NCBI RefSeq assembly: GCF_020745735.1
Contig: NC_083417.1
Span: 72,664,001 to 72,728,000 of the forward strand
Length of the DNA stretch: 64,000 bases
Reading direction: 5' to 3'
Source: Hemiscyllium ocellatum
Taxonomy: Eukaryota
Numbering within the stretch: position 1 is the first letter of the stretch; each line of letters starts with the position of its first letter. A program made the position numbers and the translations under genes. The notes under the pieces are model-generated. The model saw only the letters and a list, made by a program, of their open reading frames with translations, searched no databases and had not been told where the DNA came from. Below are positions 1 to 12,205 of the stretch, piece after piece.

Positions 1-252
1 GCACGCACACCTCCTGCCATTCGGACCTGCTTGGACACTATGTCACCCAAAACATACAGCAACGTTGCTGACTCTCAATAACTCTCCCAGTTGAACAAGG
101 AAACCACTCAGTTCAAGGATAATTGCGGTTGGACAAAAATGTTAACTTGCCATTGAAGAACATACAACATCAAATACATTGTTAATAAATCCTGTAATGT
201 GAACTTTTCCAAGCACACCTGAGAATTGCTTAACTTTCACTTTCATACATAC

Positions 253-804
253 CCAACACTGTTAAATTGGACCCTGTTCCGTTTCCAATCAATTTGCCTT
301 GACGGACGATTGTGCAATAGTACATTCCTCTGTCCTGTACATTGACATTGAATATCTGAAGGAAGCCACTGTATTTATTTTTGCGGCCAGTTACTTTTCG
401 TTCATCTTGTTCCACGTTGAGATAATGAGGATCACCTTGCTTCCACCAGATTACCTTGACAGCTTGGTCGATTTGAAAAGAATGAAGTCAGCACTGGAAG
501 GACACATTTGCACCCACAGGTTCAGTCACGTTCACTGGTAACTGGGTCACTTTATCCCTGATTACTCCAGACACTAGAGAAAGAGACAGTCACACACAAA
601 TTAGCAAGATTAAATAAAAGAGTTAAAAGAGTGCAGTTCAGAAATTGACTTAAACTGTCCAAAGGAGAACAGTACAGAATATATTAAATAAAGATTAAAT
701 AAGAGCTCGACTTTATGGAAAGGCAGTATACTGTAGAAAGAGAGAAAATACCTGGGAAAATTGCTGTCTGAAAAAAGACAGAAAAGTGCAATACTCAGGA
801 ACAT
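253..804 (-). pseudogene. Paralogue A of the V(J)-C1 receptor: leader (752-804) and V exon (253-573); the rest lies before the window start
   Basis: V exon is 321 nt like the intact gene: KVTQLP...VSFQC*LHSF...VIWWKQGD...DRGMYYC...GNGTGSNLTV. In-frame TGA directly after the first Cys; leader MFLSIALFCLF... is 53 nt (wrong phase). Confidence 0.88.
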
Positions 805-824
805 GTTGGTGTATTTGCCAGAGA

Positions 825-834
825 GACAGAGCGT
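825..834 (-). promoter_or_regulatory. Conserved upstream 10-mer ACGCTCTGTC (paralogue A)
   Basis: Identical 10-mer 20 nt upstream of the ATG; also found at 17966-17975 and 54695-54704. Confidence 0.4.
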
Positions 835-1734
835 GAACTGGCTGATAATTTGCAAGAAGTTGAAAGTACAGTTGGACAGATAGTGTCAAAGTGCAGCGTA
901 ACATCCGGTTCAATGATCTGGACCGTGATTTTATTTTGTTCCTTTTGCTGAAGTTCAGTGCAACAGTTCGTCATTCGCTGTGTACGGCTCGAGTTGATCA
1001 TTCAAGCCAGTATTTCCCTCTGTAGGGGACGTGTGGACTGTATGAGAGAACAAACATAGAGCATAAACATAGAACAGTATAGCACAGAACAGGCCTTTCA
1101 AGCCACGATGTTGTGCCAACCACTGATCCTCATGTATGCACCCTCAAACTTCTGTGACCATATGCATGTCCAGTAGTCTGTGTGTTCTTTCAAATTATCA
1201 CATTTAAAATTCCTAACAGCCACACCCACCTCCCCCAATCCCCATCCCGCGATATACGAACAACACTCTAGGTTGCATATTTTAAAAAAGATCAAATACT
1301 TTGATTCCCCACCTTTCGAGGAAGTGTGATGCGATGCAAACATATTGGTCTATCGGTGTGAGAAAAAGACATTCTCCTCAGCGAATTGTCACACTGAGGA
1401 CTCTGAGTTTCTGCAACTGCCATTAATTCTCCAATCTCCCTCAACTGTAAATATTCTGGCAACATGCACCCTGCCAAGACCCACTTTGGATTCTGTACGT
1501 TTCAGTCAATTTGACTTATTCTTCTATAAGCTTCATCTGGACTTTCCAATCGTCATAAATCAATGGGTCGCTTCGAAATATTATTCTGGTAAATCATCTC
1601 TGGCCTGCTCTCAAAGCCTTTTCATCTTTCCTTAAATAACAAGATCACTATTATATGAATGATGCCAGATATTATCTCACTAATACCATGTGCACTAAAC
1701 ATAACCTCCTTACTTTTCTGTTTTTCATGAATGA

Positions 1735-2470
1735 TCTGGGGGACCTGCCAAACGGAAATCATGGATGAACCGGGAGATCCAATCCATACTGAAGGCCGGG
1801 TTAGAGCAGTACAAGTCGGGCAGCTCTGGGCTATAGGGGAAATCCAGTTATGACCTTCAGAAGACCATCAGAGATGCAAGATGTAATACAAATCTAAGCT
1901 TGACATCCAGACCAACCACACGGACAGCTATCATTTGTGGCAAGGCTTGTATCAGCTTACAAATGAAAGACAAACAGAATTGCAGGCAATACTGCGCTCC
2001 TATTCAATTATCTCACTGTATTCTGTGGTCACTTTGTATTGAAGGTTACTGAAACCATGTCACCTATCGCAACAGCCTCCGATTCACCTGCTCCCACATA
2101 CAATGCAGCAGATGGTAGATCAGTCCACTCCTCCCATTGACCAACCCGGTCATATTCACCACCTGTATTCACATATCACTACCTCATCACTCCACCCCTC
2201 TCTCCATCATAACCCTTCACCCATCTGCTTTATCTACACCTCCCGCTACTACCACCGCCATTCCGGTGAGAGGGTTATACTGGAAAGGTTGACTTCTCCA
2301 CCGTCCTGTCGGAGTCCTTGGCCTTGCATTCAGACCCCGTGCAGACCAACAGGCAGGAGTATACCCAGAAATGTTTAACCCTTTCTTACTCAGATTTGAA
2401 GTCCCCACCTGCTTCAAGAAAACCACCATAATCTATGTACCATAGGATAATCATGCAATGTGTCGCTGAC
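1735..2470 (+). mobile_element. Rex1/Babar-like LINE fragment (paralogue at ~18775-19510)
   Basis: PTCFKKTTII.VP motif typical of Rex1-type RT. Confidence 0.65.
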
Positions 2471-2744
2471 TACCCATAAAGCAAACTCTATCTCAGATTT
2501 AAAACCACTAACTATTTTGAATTCATTGCCAGAAGTGGAAGGGAGTTTGGAACATTTGTGACCCTTTGTACTCTAATCATCGAGCTATCAAGGCCAGCTT
2601 TTCTTTAGCTTTTATGATTACTTTCTGAACATCTCATGACATTTTAAAGACCTTTCCAGATGAAACACTAAGTCTCTTTGGACATTCACTGTACTTAAAT
2701 TCATACCAGTTCGAAAGTACCCAGATTTCTCATTTTCTTGATCC

Positions 2745-3770
2745 TAAATGGATCACATAAAACATAAAACATTGCAGGTCAGTACAGGCTCTTCGGCCTT
2801 TGGTGTTATGCCAAGTTTTAATCCTACTCTAAAATCAAGCTATCCTTTGCGCTCTTCATTTCATTATCATCCATTCCACAAACCCACCACTCCGTGTGCA
2901 GAGAACCGACCTTTACTCTCAACCATCCATCAATCGCATTGAAATTATAGCCCCTTGTAATAGCCATTTCCGCACTGGGAAAAAGTCTCTGACTATTTAC
3001 TATGTCGATGCATCTCACCATCTTGTCCACGTCGATCAAGTTGCCTCTCATCCTTCTTTGATCTAATGAGAAAAGCCTAAGCTCCCTCAACCTTTCTTCA
3101 TAAGACATGCCCTTAAGTCCAGGCAGCATCCCTGTAAATCTCCTCTGCATATTCTCTACAGCTTCCACATCCTTCCTATAATGAGACAACCAGAAATGAA
3201 CACAATATTCCAAGTGTGTTCTAACCAGGGCTCTATAGAGTGCAGAATAACCTCGTCGATCTTAAACTCAATCCACCTGCTAATGAAAGCCAACACACCA
3301 TTGTGGACATGAAACCCAAGATTTCTCTGATACTCCACATGGCCGAGAATCCTGCCCATAACCCTGTATACTTCATTCAAATTCAACCTAGTAAAATGAA
3401 TCACTTCACACTTTTCCAGGTTGAACTCCATCTGCCACTTATCAGCCTAGTTTTGCATCCTGTCAATTCCCGTTGCAACCTACAACAGTCCTCCACACTG
3501 TCCAACACTCCACCAACATTTCTGTCATCAGCCCACAGTTCCATTTACTCAAGCAAGTCTTTTTATAAAATTCACAAAGAGTAGAGGTCCTAGATCAGAT
3601 CCCTGTAGAATATCAATGATAACTGAGTGCCAGGCTGAATATGTACCATCCAGCACTACCCTCTGTCTTCTATGGGCCAGCCAATTCTGTACACAGTCAA
3701 ATTTACTGTATCCCATGCCTCCTTAGTTTCTGAATGAGCCTACCATGAGGCACCTTACCAGATGCCTAAT
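2745..3770 (-). mobile_element. CR1-type LINE 3-prime fragment (shared with 19790-20930)
   Basis: EYCVHFW...VENMQRRFT...LFSLDQRRMRG. Confidence 0.9.
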
Positions 3771-4373
3771 CTGCTGAGCTTTTCCAGCAATTTCTATTGT
3801 TGTTTCTGCCATTGAAGAGGGTGTGCATCTCAAATTAGAATTAGCATGTCTGTGAGATGCTGTATACCTCGGACATACCTGTGCATTAAAAACATGTAGA
3901 ATGCAACTTCAGTTGAAGTAAAGCAATGCTGGACCATCACTGAGGAAGACGTCACTCTGAAAGTGACTTTTGTCAAATCAAATATCAAACACGTGGAGGG
4001 AAACACAAAGCAATGAATTTGAATAGATTGAAGAATTCCAACTGAACTCCTGTTATAACATGTTTCAAGGTGGGCATACACAGGAAAGAAGTGGCAGTGT
4101 TAATCACTGTGCAAAGAAGTCAAAATGAAATCAAAATGCTGTTGATGCACAAAATCTGACATAAAAGAAAATACATTTCTGGAAGAACACAATAGGTTCA
4201 GCAGCATTTGTGAGGCAACAAGGAGAGTTAACATTTTACACCTGATATGATGTTCTAAGGAAGGAAAAGTCATATTTGTCTTGAAGGATTTCCTTTATTT
4301 CTCTTCACAAAGATGCTGCCAGGCCCACTCCATGTATTCAGTGTTTCTCCCTTTATTGCAATGTTAGCATTAA

Positions 4374-4549
4374 TCATATTGACGGGGATTGTGTTTGGAA
4401 GTCAGCCAGCATATCCATAAATGTTGGAAGGTATTGACGCCCAGTTTGGAGTTTGGCTAGAGACCTCGTATATTGTACTAACTCTTTACTAAGTGGTTGA
4501 TCAGAAGTTCGAATAGGACGAATGGAACTTGTTAGACCTACTCCTGAGT
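4374..4549 (-). other. Candidate terminal cytoplasmic exon (DSGVGL...VQYTRSL...QYLPTF...SPSI*), duplication copy 1
   Basis: Acceptor ttgtttgtgaag, phase 1, 176 nt to TGA; same length and stop as the copy at 22923-23098; the differences between copies are mostly non-synonymous, so coding status is uncertain. Confidence 0.3.
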
Positions 4550-6373
4550 CTTCACAAACAATTGACAAGCATGATATCTTTTGCAAAAATCAAGTAAATG
4601 TCAATTCAATCCTGCCATTGTCGATGACCAAAAGAACAGCAGATGTTATAAATCCGGAACAAAAATGGAAATTGCTGGAAAAGCTCAGCACATTGGCCGA
4701 CACCTGTGGAAAGTAATGAGAGTTATTGTTTCGGGTCGAGTGACTCTTGCTCGGAATTTTGGGCCGAAACAGTGACTCTGATTTCTTTCCACAGATGCTG
4801 CCAGATCTGCTGAGCTTTTCCAGCAATTTCTATTGTTGTTTCTGCCATTGACGATGCTTCATTATCTGACTCTGATAAATTCTTAAACCGAATTGCCTCA
4901 CCATCAGAATCGCATGTGCCATCTCGAATATCTCAATCCAGGAACAATTAAGTTGATCACAGTCGACTTACCGTCCATTGGTCCCTGGGAGGTCTCCACT
5001 TCCTTAGAAAACTGCTAGTTTAATTTGTAGGCAAAGCATTTAAATTTCAAACCTTCCTTTCCATGACAGACATTTCAGTTCAGTTTCAACAAGGAACCTT
5101 GTCTGAATAACTTAATTTTGCTAATCTCAAGTCTTTAACCTTCGTCAAGTTCCACATAAAAAGTGTTATTTTACAGAGTACCTGAAATATCTTTCCCTTG
5201 ATAGAACCAATTTCTTCCTACCTCTTCTATGAGCCCAGTGCATAGTTTCACATATTCTGGAAGCAAACCGGGGGTTGGTGGGGGGTGGGGGGGGGGGGGG
5301 TCACTGTCCATTTTTAGATTAAACTATTGTTTTTTTTTCACCTTTCTCTCTCAAATTCCTTTCAGACATTGCCACACCCAGATGAACAAGATCATTACCT
5401 ACAACATTCAATTCGAAAACTAAGAGTAATCTTGCACAGTGATAACTGTTGATCAAGTCAGGCTTCTGGGTTTTAATTTAAAGAGAGCACGTTCTTACCT
5501 CCCCTTTATTCTATTTTGTTTGAAGGGCTTAATAAACCATCAGTTACGATCAATAACTAATATTTCTCCATTCATATTTTGTAGAAAATGTGAGGGATTA
5601 GTTTTCCATTGGGAAGAAAGTCACCAGTAATCAATCTCACTTGTTTTTATGAAGGCAAGAACATCCTTGAATACTTCGAGTGATATCCATCACACTTGGA
5701 GGTTCTAATCCACTATCACCAATTTCATTTACTGATATTGCCGTTTCTGAATACTCTTTAGAACTCTGGGTTGACGCTGATAATTTATTTTTCTTATTCC
5801 TAAATTCCATGCGCCGGCTTACAGTCCTTAAGTTATTCAGGGTTGTTTTTAAAACTTTCACATTTATTTGATAATGTTTTATTAAGCAAAAACCTGCGCA
5901 GTCTCCCAAAAACTAGGATCATTTCAGACTGCAAACTTTCAATTGCTGCATTTTCAATTGGACTTCACATATCGAAGTTTACATTCTGCGAGCTGCCTGA
6001 TAGATGTCATACCCATCTGTTAGAACCGCCATATGTATTATTTCCAAATTAAGCACATGAGGCTAATGTGTTGCTTTAACACTGACGTTCACCAAACTTC
6101 AATACTTTTTGGTGAAATAACATTTTTGCTAGTTACAGACAGATATTTGCTTTGAATCCTTTGGGATTTTCACATGGATCACTCTCAATCTCGTACAGAC
6201 TACGAAAATATGGAATTTATTTAGTCTATTGTCACGCTTTGCCTGTCTTTAATTTGGCACAACGTTAAGTGGGTGTCGCACGAATAATTAGGACCGGGTT
6301 CCTCCCTTGTGAAAGGTTGCGTCCCATATGGTGCATGGACTCATACTCTTCTATTAGCTCAATATGGCCTTTG

Positions 6374-6655
6374 AGGGTGACTCAGTGACTCTATGATTAA
6401 CACTGCTGCCTCACTGTGCCAGGGACCCGGGTTCGATTCAAGCCTCGGGCAACTGTCTGTCTGGAGATTGCACATTCTCTCCGTGTCTGCATTAGTTTCC
6501 TCTCACAGAATTGGCCATGCTGAAATTGTCCAATGTGTTCAGAGATGTGTAGATTAGGTCGTTAGACAAGAATAGAGAATGGGTCTGGATGGGTTGCTCT
6601 TCGGCGGGTTGGTGTGGACTTGTTGGGTCGATTAACCTGTTTCTGCACTGTCTAT
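6374..6655 (+). mobile_element. HE1-type SINE (older; paralogue at ~27270-27560)
   Basis: Decayed A/B boxes and body. Confidence 0.8.
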
Positions 6656-7085
6656 TTATATATATTGGGTCCAGGTCAATGTGTCTGTTGATGGAGTTTG
6701 GGGATGAATGCCATGCTTCCAGGAATTCTCTGGCTGTTCTCTGTCCGGCTTGTCCTATGATGGTGGTGTTTTCCCATGCAAATTCATGTTGATGGTTGTC
6801 TGAGTGTATGGCTACTAGTGATAACTGGTCGTGTCGTTTTGTGGCTAGCTGGTGTTCGTGGATATACAAACCACTACAGCTGAAACTGACACCCGGAAGC
6901 GGCAAGAACAAACCAATATAAATACCGGAAGAAACATCAAAGCAGCGCTTCACACGAGGCTCCAACAGCACTGATGATGTTCCCTAGCCAGGGAACGAAA
7001 CGTTTGCAGCAAAAACTTCCAGCTCGGCGAACACAACCACAACAACGGATACCCGAGCTGCAAATCTTCAATCAAACTTTAAATG
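6655..7085. mobile_element. Penelope-like fragment (minus-strand GIY-YIG piece joined to a plus-strand terminus); copy-1-specific
   Basis: HEHQLATKRHDQLSLVA...REFLEAWHS...IDLDPIY on minus; hammerhead terminus on plus. Confidence 0.8.
6968..7007 (+). ncRNA. Minimal type I hammerhead ribozyme motif in a Penelope-type terminus
   Basis: GCA CUGAUGA U GUUCCCU-AGCC-AGGGAAC GAAAC GUU UGC: core boxes, 7-bp stem II, stem I GCA/UGC. Confidence 0.7.
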
Positions 7086-7163
7086 TCTTTTATAATTTAT
7101 AATACAATTTCTGCCAGTAATTCATTTATTTTATACCAAATACCATGTGCATTCATTGAAGAA

Positions 7164-7962
7164 TGATTTTACTATTATCTCTCCACTTTGACCCTATTTA
7201 TTGCTATTATCTATGCTTATGCATTTTCCTTCCAGTTCCCACTTTGGATATTGCTATGTAATACTTCCATATCTTCTGACTTTGGTAAGCCTACATTTAC
7301 CCTCATCCAAATCCTCCTCCAGCACTACTACCCAGCACCACCGTCTCATGCACATGCAAACACATACATTAAATTAACACGTTGTCCACATCCTCAGTTA
7401 TTCAAATCCCCTACACAGTAGACCCAATGCCATTCAAATTAAATCTGGATCAACTCCCGATTGCCAGTTCTGGTGCCATTGCAACCACAACCTGAAACTC
7501 ATTATAAACATCTAATGAGCCATGCATTTTACAAATTGAATTATTTTTCATAGATCAGTTTGATTTTGCTATTATCTCTCCACTTTGACACTATTTATTG
7601 CTGTTATCTATGTTTATCCATTTTTCCCTCCACTTCCCACTTTGGAAATTCCTATGTAATGCTTCCATATCTTCTCACTTTGGTCAGCCTACATTTACCC
7701 TCATACAAATCCTCCTCCAGCACTACTACCCCAGCACCAGTCATCCAATGCACGTAAAAACACACACATTAGATTAACACATTGTCTACAGCCTCAGTTA
7801 TCCAAATCCTCTACATAGTATACCCAGTGACATTCAAATGAAATCTGGATCAACTCCCTATTGCCCAGTTCTGGTGCCATTGCAACCACAACATGAAAAC
7901 CCATTTAAAACATATAATGAGCCATGTATTTTTCAAATTGACTTATTTTTCATAGATCAGTT
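7164..7962. repeat. Tandem duplication of a ~400-bp unit (7164-7560 / 7561-7962)
   Basis: Both units start tgatttt...attatctctccactttgac and end ...tttttcatagatcagtt. Confidence 0.9.
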
Positions 7963-10900
7963 TGCCTGTGGCTCAGGTACTAATCCAAAGATTATTACTT
8001 TGGAGGTTGTACTTTTCTAATTTAGCTCCCAACTTTTCAAACTGTTTCAGCAGAATCATCAGTCCAGTCCTAACAACGTCACTCTTCCCAACGTGGGTGA
8101 AGACACCTGGATTCCACTCGTCCATCTTCAGTTCCACTCCAACCCGATCAGATATCATTGAATCTGACACTGGACAGAAAATACATTCTTTGGGCCACTC
8201 GTTCACTGTTGCACAGAACAATATACATTCCACTAATTGTATTAAAATATCAAGAATTAACTGTGGACACAGCAAACCTGAAATAATAAGAATGAAAGTT
8301 CTGGGAGAAACTCAAGAGATCCGGATAGCATATGAAGAGAGAAAACACAGTTAAATTTTTGAGTCAAGTGAGCATTTAACAGAACCATAATTGAATTGTT
8401 TGCTACTGCAACTGCATTTCTATTTCCTCTCCCAACTCGAATGCCCTGTGTTTGTAGGTACAGTTGCCCGTTTGATCATCCTCCCTGTTTATGCCATCTT
8501 TTATTTTCCTTCACAGGTTTCAAGAACCTTAAAACTGTTGCTTGGGCTGAAAGTCCTTCATAGAAAAATCTGTGTTCCCCTTAACTAACTCACCTGAAGA
8601 CACACATTCCTGTCACCGATAACAAATAAATTTTGGGTGAGATGTTCTGAGTAGAGTGACCATCCACTGCAACAAAGTGTCAGGGTTACTTTCCCCTTCC
8701 CTGGTGTTATGCAAATATTTTAACTCAGATGCAGCTCAGATGCAGAATTCTTTGAATCGGAAGCATTTACTATAGATGTGGTTGCTGTGGACTACGTTGG
8801 TGCTCAGAGCTTCAACATGTTGCCGTAGCAACACATCACCCATCCTGCCATCACTATTATATTTGATTTAGTTTATACATTCGTTCCCTTAGATTCCAAA
8901 GGACAACAGAAAATGTCACTTCTGGAAGATTATAGATATTGACATTGAATTCTCACAGGCACATGTCTTCAATCATCATCTAAACAAAGTGGTACTCTAT
9001 TATAGCAAATATCCTCCTGGAATTAATTCCAACTTGATCATTGTGTTACTCTACAATAATGACTACTCCTCCTTCTATACCATTCACTTTGATCCGACTG
9101 TCAACTGCAGTACAATATTTTCTACTTCATATCTTTGAAACTTAATTAAACCAGTGCTGAATCTCTATTGCCCATGATAATTGCCTATCTTGATAACATT
9201 GATTTATTGGGGATTTAGTAACTATGGCTGTATGCGTACCAAAGCCTTAACATCATCTACACTGGGCACAAGATTCCAAGGAAGACTGACCAAGAAGAAA
9301 ATCTTCTCTTCACTTACAATTAGTAGTCTTGTAGTTTTTGTTTCTTTTCTTTCAAGTGGTTAAATATATATGACTTACCCTTACTTATCACATTATATAT
9401 TTTTTTTCTCGTGCCAATGCAATGATTGAACCAAGTGATGATTCTTTCAGTTTCTCCAGAAATGATGAAGGAACTAATGAAACCATCAACATTTCTGAAA
9501 ATTTCTACACAATGATACTTCCAGCCCAAGCAACATGCTGACAACTCCCCTCTTCCCTCTTTCTGGTGCTATCACATAGGCTTATGATAAGCCTCCTAAC
9601 ATGCTGGATTTCAGAACTGCACATAATATTCGAGCTGTTGCGATCCAAAATTTTACACAGTCCAGGTGTAACCTCCCTACTCTTAAACTGTTTGTCTTGC
9701 CTGATAAAGGCAAGGATACCATATGCCTGCTTAATTACTTTACTCACCCACCTTAAATGACTGATGGACATGCATATCAAGGTTCCTCTGATCCTTGATG
9801 CTTCAGAGATCATAGAACATGTGCTTTCTTGGATCCTACATTTCATCATGTATTTCGTTGCTTCATTTGTTGTTCCCAACTACATTTACCCATCTTGGAA
9901 TTGCATTTGCCACTGATTTGCCCATCTGACATGCCCATTTATATCCTTCTGAAATCTAAGGCCATCTACCTCAATACTTAACACTCCACCAATTCTCATA
10001 TCATGTGTGAACTGTCTGATCAATCCTCCCAGTTCAAATCTAAATAAGCTATATCACTCACAAAGAGCAAGGGCCCAAACAATAATTGCTGTGTGACTCC
10101 GCATCGCAGAAACTCCCAGTTAGAAAAACACCGTCTGCTTCCAGTCACTCAAGCATGCGTAGTTCACTTTGCAAATCTTTCTTGGAACCCATGAGCTCTT
10201 ACTTTTGCTATCAGTCTCCCATGTGTGACTTTATCAAGAACCACGTATGATACATCAGAAGTCTTGACCCCATCTGCCCACCTGGTCACAGACATTGAAC
10301 ATAGAACATTACATCACATTACAGGCTCTTTGACCCTCGATGTTGCGCTGACTGATGAAATCAATCTAAAACCCACCTAACCCACACTACTCCATTATAA
10401 TCCATATGCTTATCCAGTGATCTGTTGCAGGCAAGACATTCCACGTCCTTAATACTCTCTGAGTAACCAGTTTACCTCTGATATCTGGCCTTTTTTTGAT
10501 ACCCCTCAATTTAAAGCTATGTCCCCTCTGCTTGTCACCACATCGTAGGAGAAATACTTTCACTGTTCACCCTATCTAAACCTCTGATCATCCTGTATGC
10601 CTCCATTAAGTCGCCTCTTAATCTTCTTCTCTCTAATGAAGACAGTCTCAAGTCCATCAGGCTTTCCTCATAAGTCCTTCCCTCTATAGCAGACAACATC
10701 CTAGTAAATCTCCTCTAAACCCTTTTCTATGCTTCCACATCCTTCTGGAAATGCGACGACCGAACAGTACACAATACTCCAATTGTGGCTGAACCAGAGT
10801 TTTGTACAGCTGCAATGTGACCTCGTGCATCCGAAATTCAAATCCTCCACCAATAAAAGCTAACACACCAGATGCCTTCTTAACAACCCAATTGACCTGG

Positions 10901-11484
10901 GTGGCAAATTTCAGGGATCTATGCACATGGACACCTCTTAGAAATAGTCAATCAAATTGGTCAGACGTGACCTCCCCTTCATAAAACCATGCAGGTTATT
11001 CTTGATTAATCGCTGTCTCTCCAAATTGAGGTTAATCCTTTCACTGAGAATGGCTTCCATTAGTTTTCCCAACGCTGAGGTTAGATTGACAGGTCTATAG
11101 TTTCACTGTTTGCTCCTTTCTAGAGTAATGGTGTAGCAAGTTACTACAGATGGTGGAATTGTTCTGAAAACTAAGATTAATGGAAATCACAGAGGCTCAG
11201 GAACCATCCATGGAGAGAGAGCTGCTAACGTTTCAAGTCTTGATGACTCTTTATCAGAGCTGGTGTGAAGTGTGAAGTGGGCAATATTAATACAATGTTG
11301 GGGAGAGAGATATAGAGCGTTGGGGGAGAAAGAACGTGTTTAGTGCAGATTAAGTGATGGGAATGTCAGAATGGCAGAAGAGTAGTGCATCTAACATCCA
11401 AACTGAAAATGACTCTTTGGAGTCGGGGCGGGGGAGAGAGATGAGGGGTAATGGTGACAGAGAATGCATCAAGTAAAGAATCAC

Positions 11485-11803
11485 AAAATCCCAACAATGT
11501 GGAAACAGGCCATTTGGCTCAACAGGTCCACACAGATCCTCCGAAGAGTAACCCACCCAGATCCATTACCTTCCCTTATTACTCTACATTTAACCTCGAA
11601 TAATGTACCAAACATACATATCCCTGAACTCTATGGGTAATTTAGCATGGCCAATGCATCAAGCGTGGGTGGAAACATGAGCACCCAGAGGAAACCCATG
11701 CAGACAAGGGGAGGATGTGGAAACTCCAAACAGACAGTCGCCATGGCTGGAATCTAACATGGGTTCCTGGCTTTGTGAGGCAGCAGTGCTTACCACTGAG
11801 TCA
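11485..11803 (-). mobile_element. HE1-type SINE at the duplication boundary (paralogue at ~34890-35215)
   Basis: Reverse-strand SINE head; homology between the two duplication copies ends here. Confidence 0.78.
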
Positions 11804-11890
11804 GAATTGGAATCCTATAACAATATTACTAGTAGAATTTTCAAGGGGCAACCAGTCGATATAGCATATTTGGACTTTCAGAAAGCATTG

Positions 11891-12205
11891 TGGGCGGCAC
11901 GGTGGCACAGTGGTTAGCACTGCTGCCTCACAGCACCTGAGACCCGGGTTCAATTCCCGACTCAGGCGACTGACTGTGTGGAGTTTCCACGTTCTCCCCG
12001 TGTCTGCGTGGGTTTCTTCGGGTGCTCCGGTTTCCTCCCACAGTCCAAAGATGTGAGGGTCAGGTGAATTGGCCATGCTAAATTGCCCGTAGTGTTAGGT
12101 AAGGGGTATATGTAGGGGTATGGGTGGATTGCGCTTCGGCGGGTCGATGTGGACTTGTTGAGCCGAAGCGCCTGTTTCCACACTGTAAGTGATCTAATCT
12201 AAAAA
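11891..12205 (+). mobile_element. HE1-type tRNA-derived SINE nested inside a CR1 fragment
   Basis: A box TGGCACAGTGG, B box GGTTCAATTCC, LINE-like tail, A-rich end; splits gactttcagaaagcattg|ttgacgaagtcc. Confidence 0.9.

Larger units (their letters stand above)
1..11800. repeat. Segmental duplication, copy 1 (left end outside the window)
   Basis: Colinear with ~17152-35215 through unique sequence and shared old TEs (e.g. 1 matches 17152, 4374 matches 22923, 8100-9530 matches 31460-32960). Confidence 0.92.

Noticed and set aside
955-1037. Exon-like VHTSPTEG...EPYTANDELLH* (paralogue at ~18108-18190) as a terminal exon
   Set aside because: It lies ~150 nt upstream of the next ATG in probable promoter DNA; conservation is only the duplication background.
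5637-6020. CARD-like or TM-like peptides in the region around ORF 5637-5909
   Set aside because: Stops in every frame in one or both duplicates, no good acceptor, and only superficial similarity.
11891-11965. tRNA gene
   Set aside because: tRNA-like head of a SINE followed by the SINE body and LINE-like tail; the same applies to the other copies.
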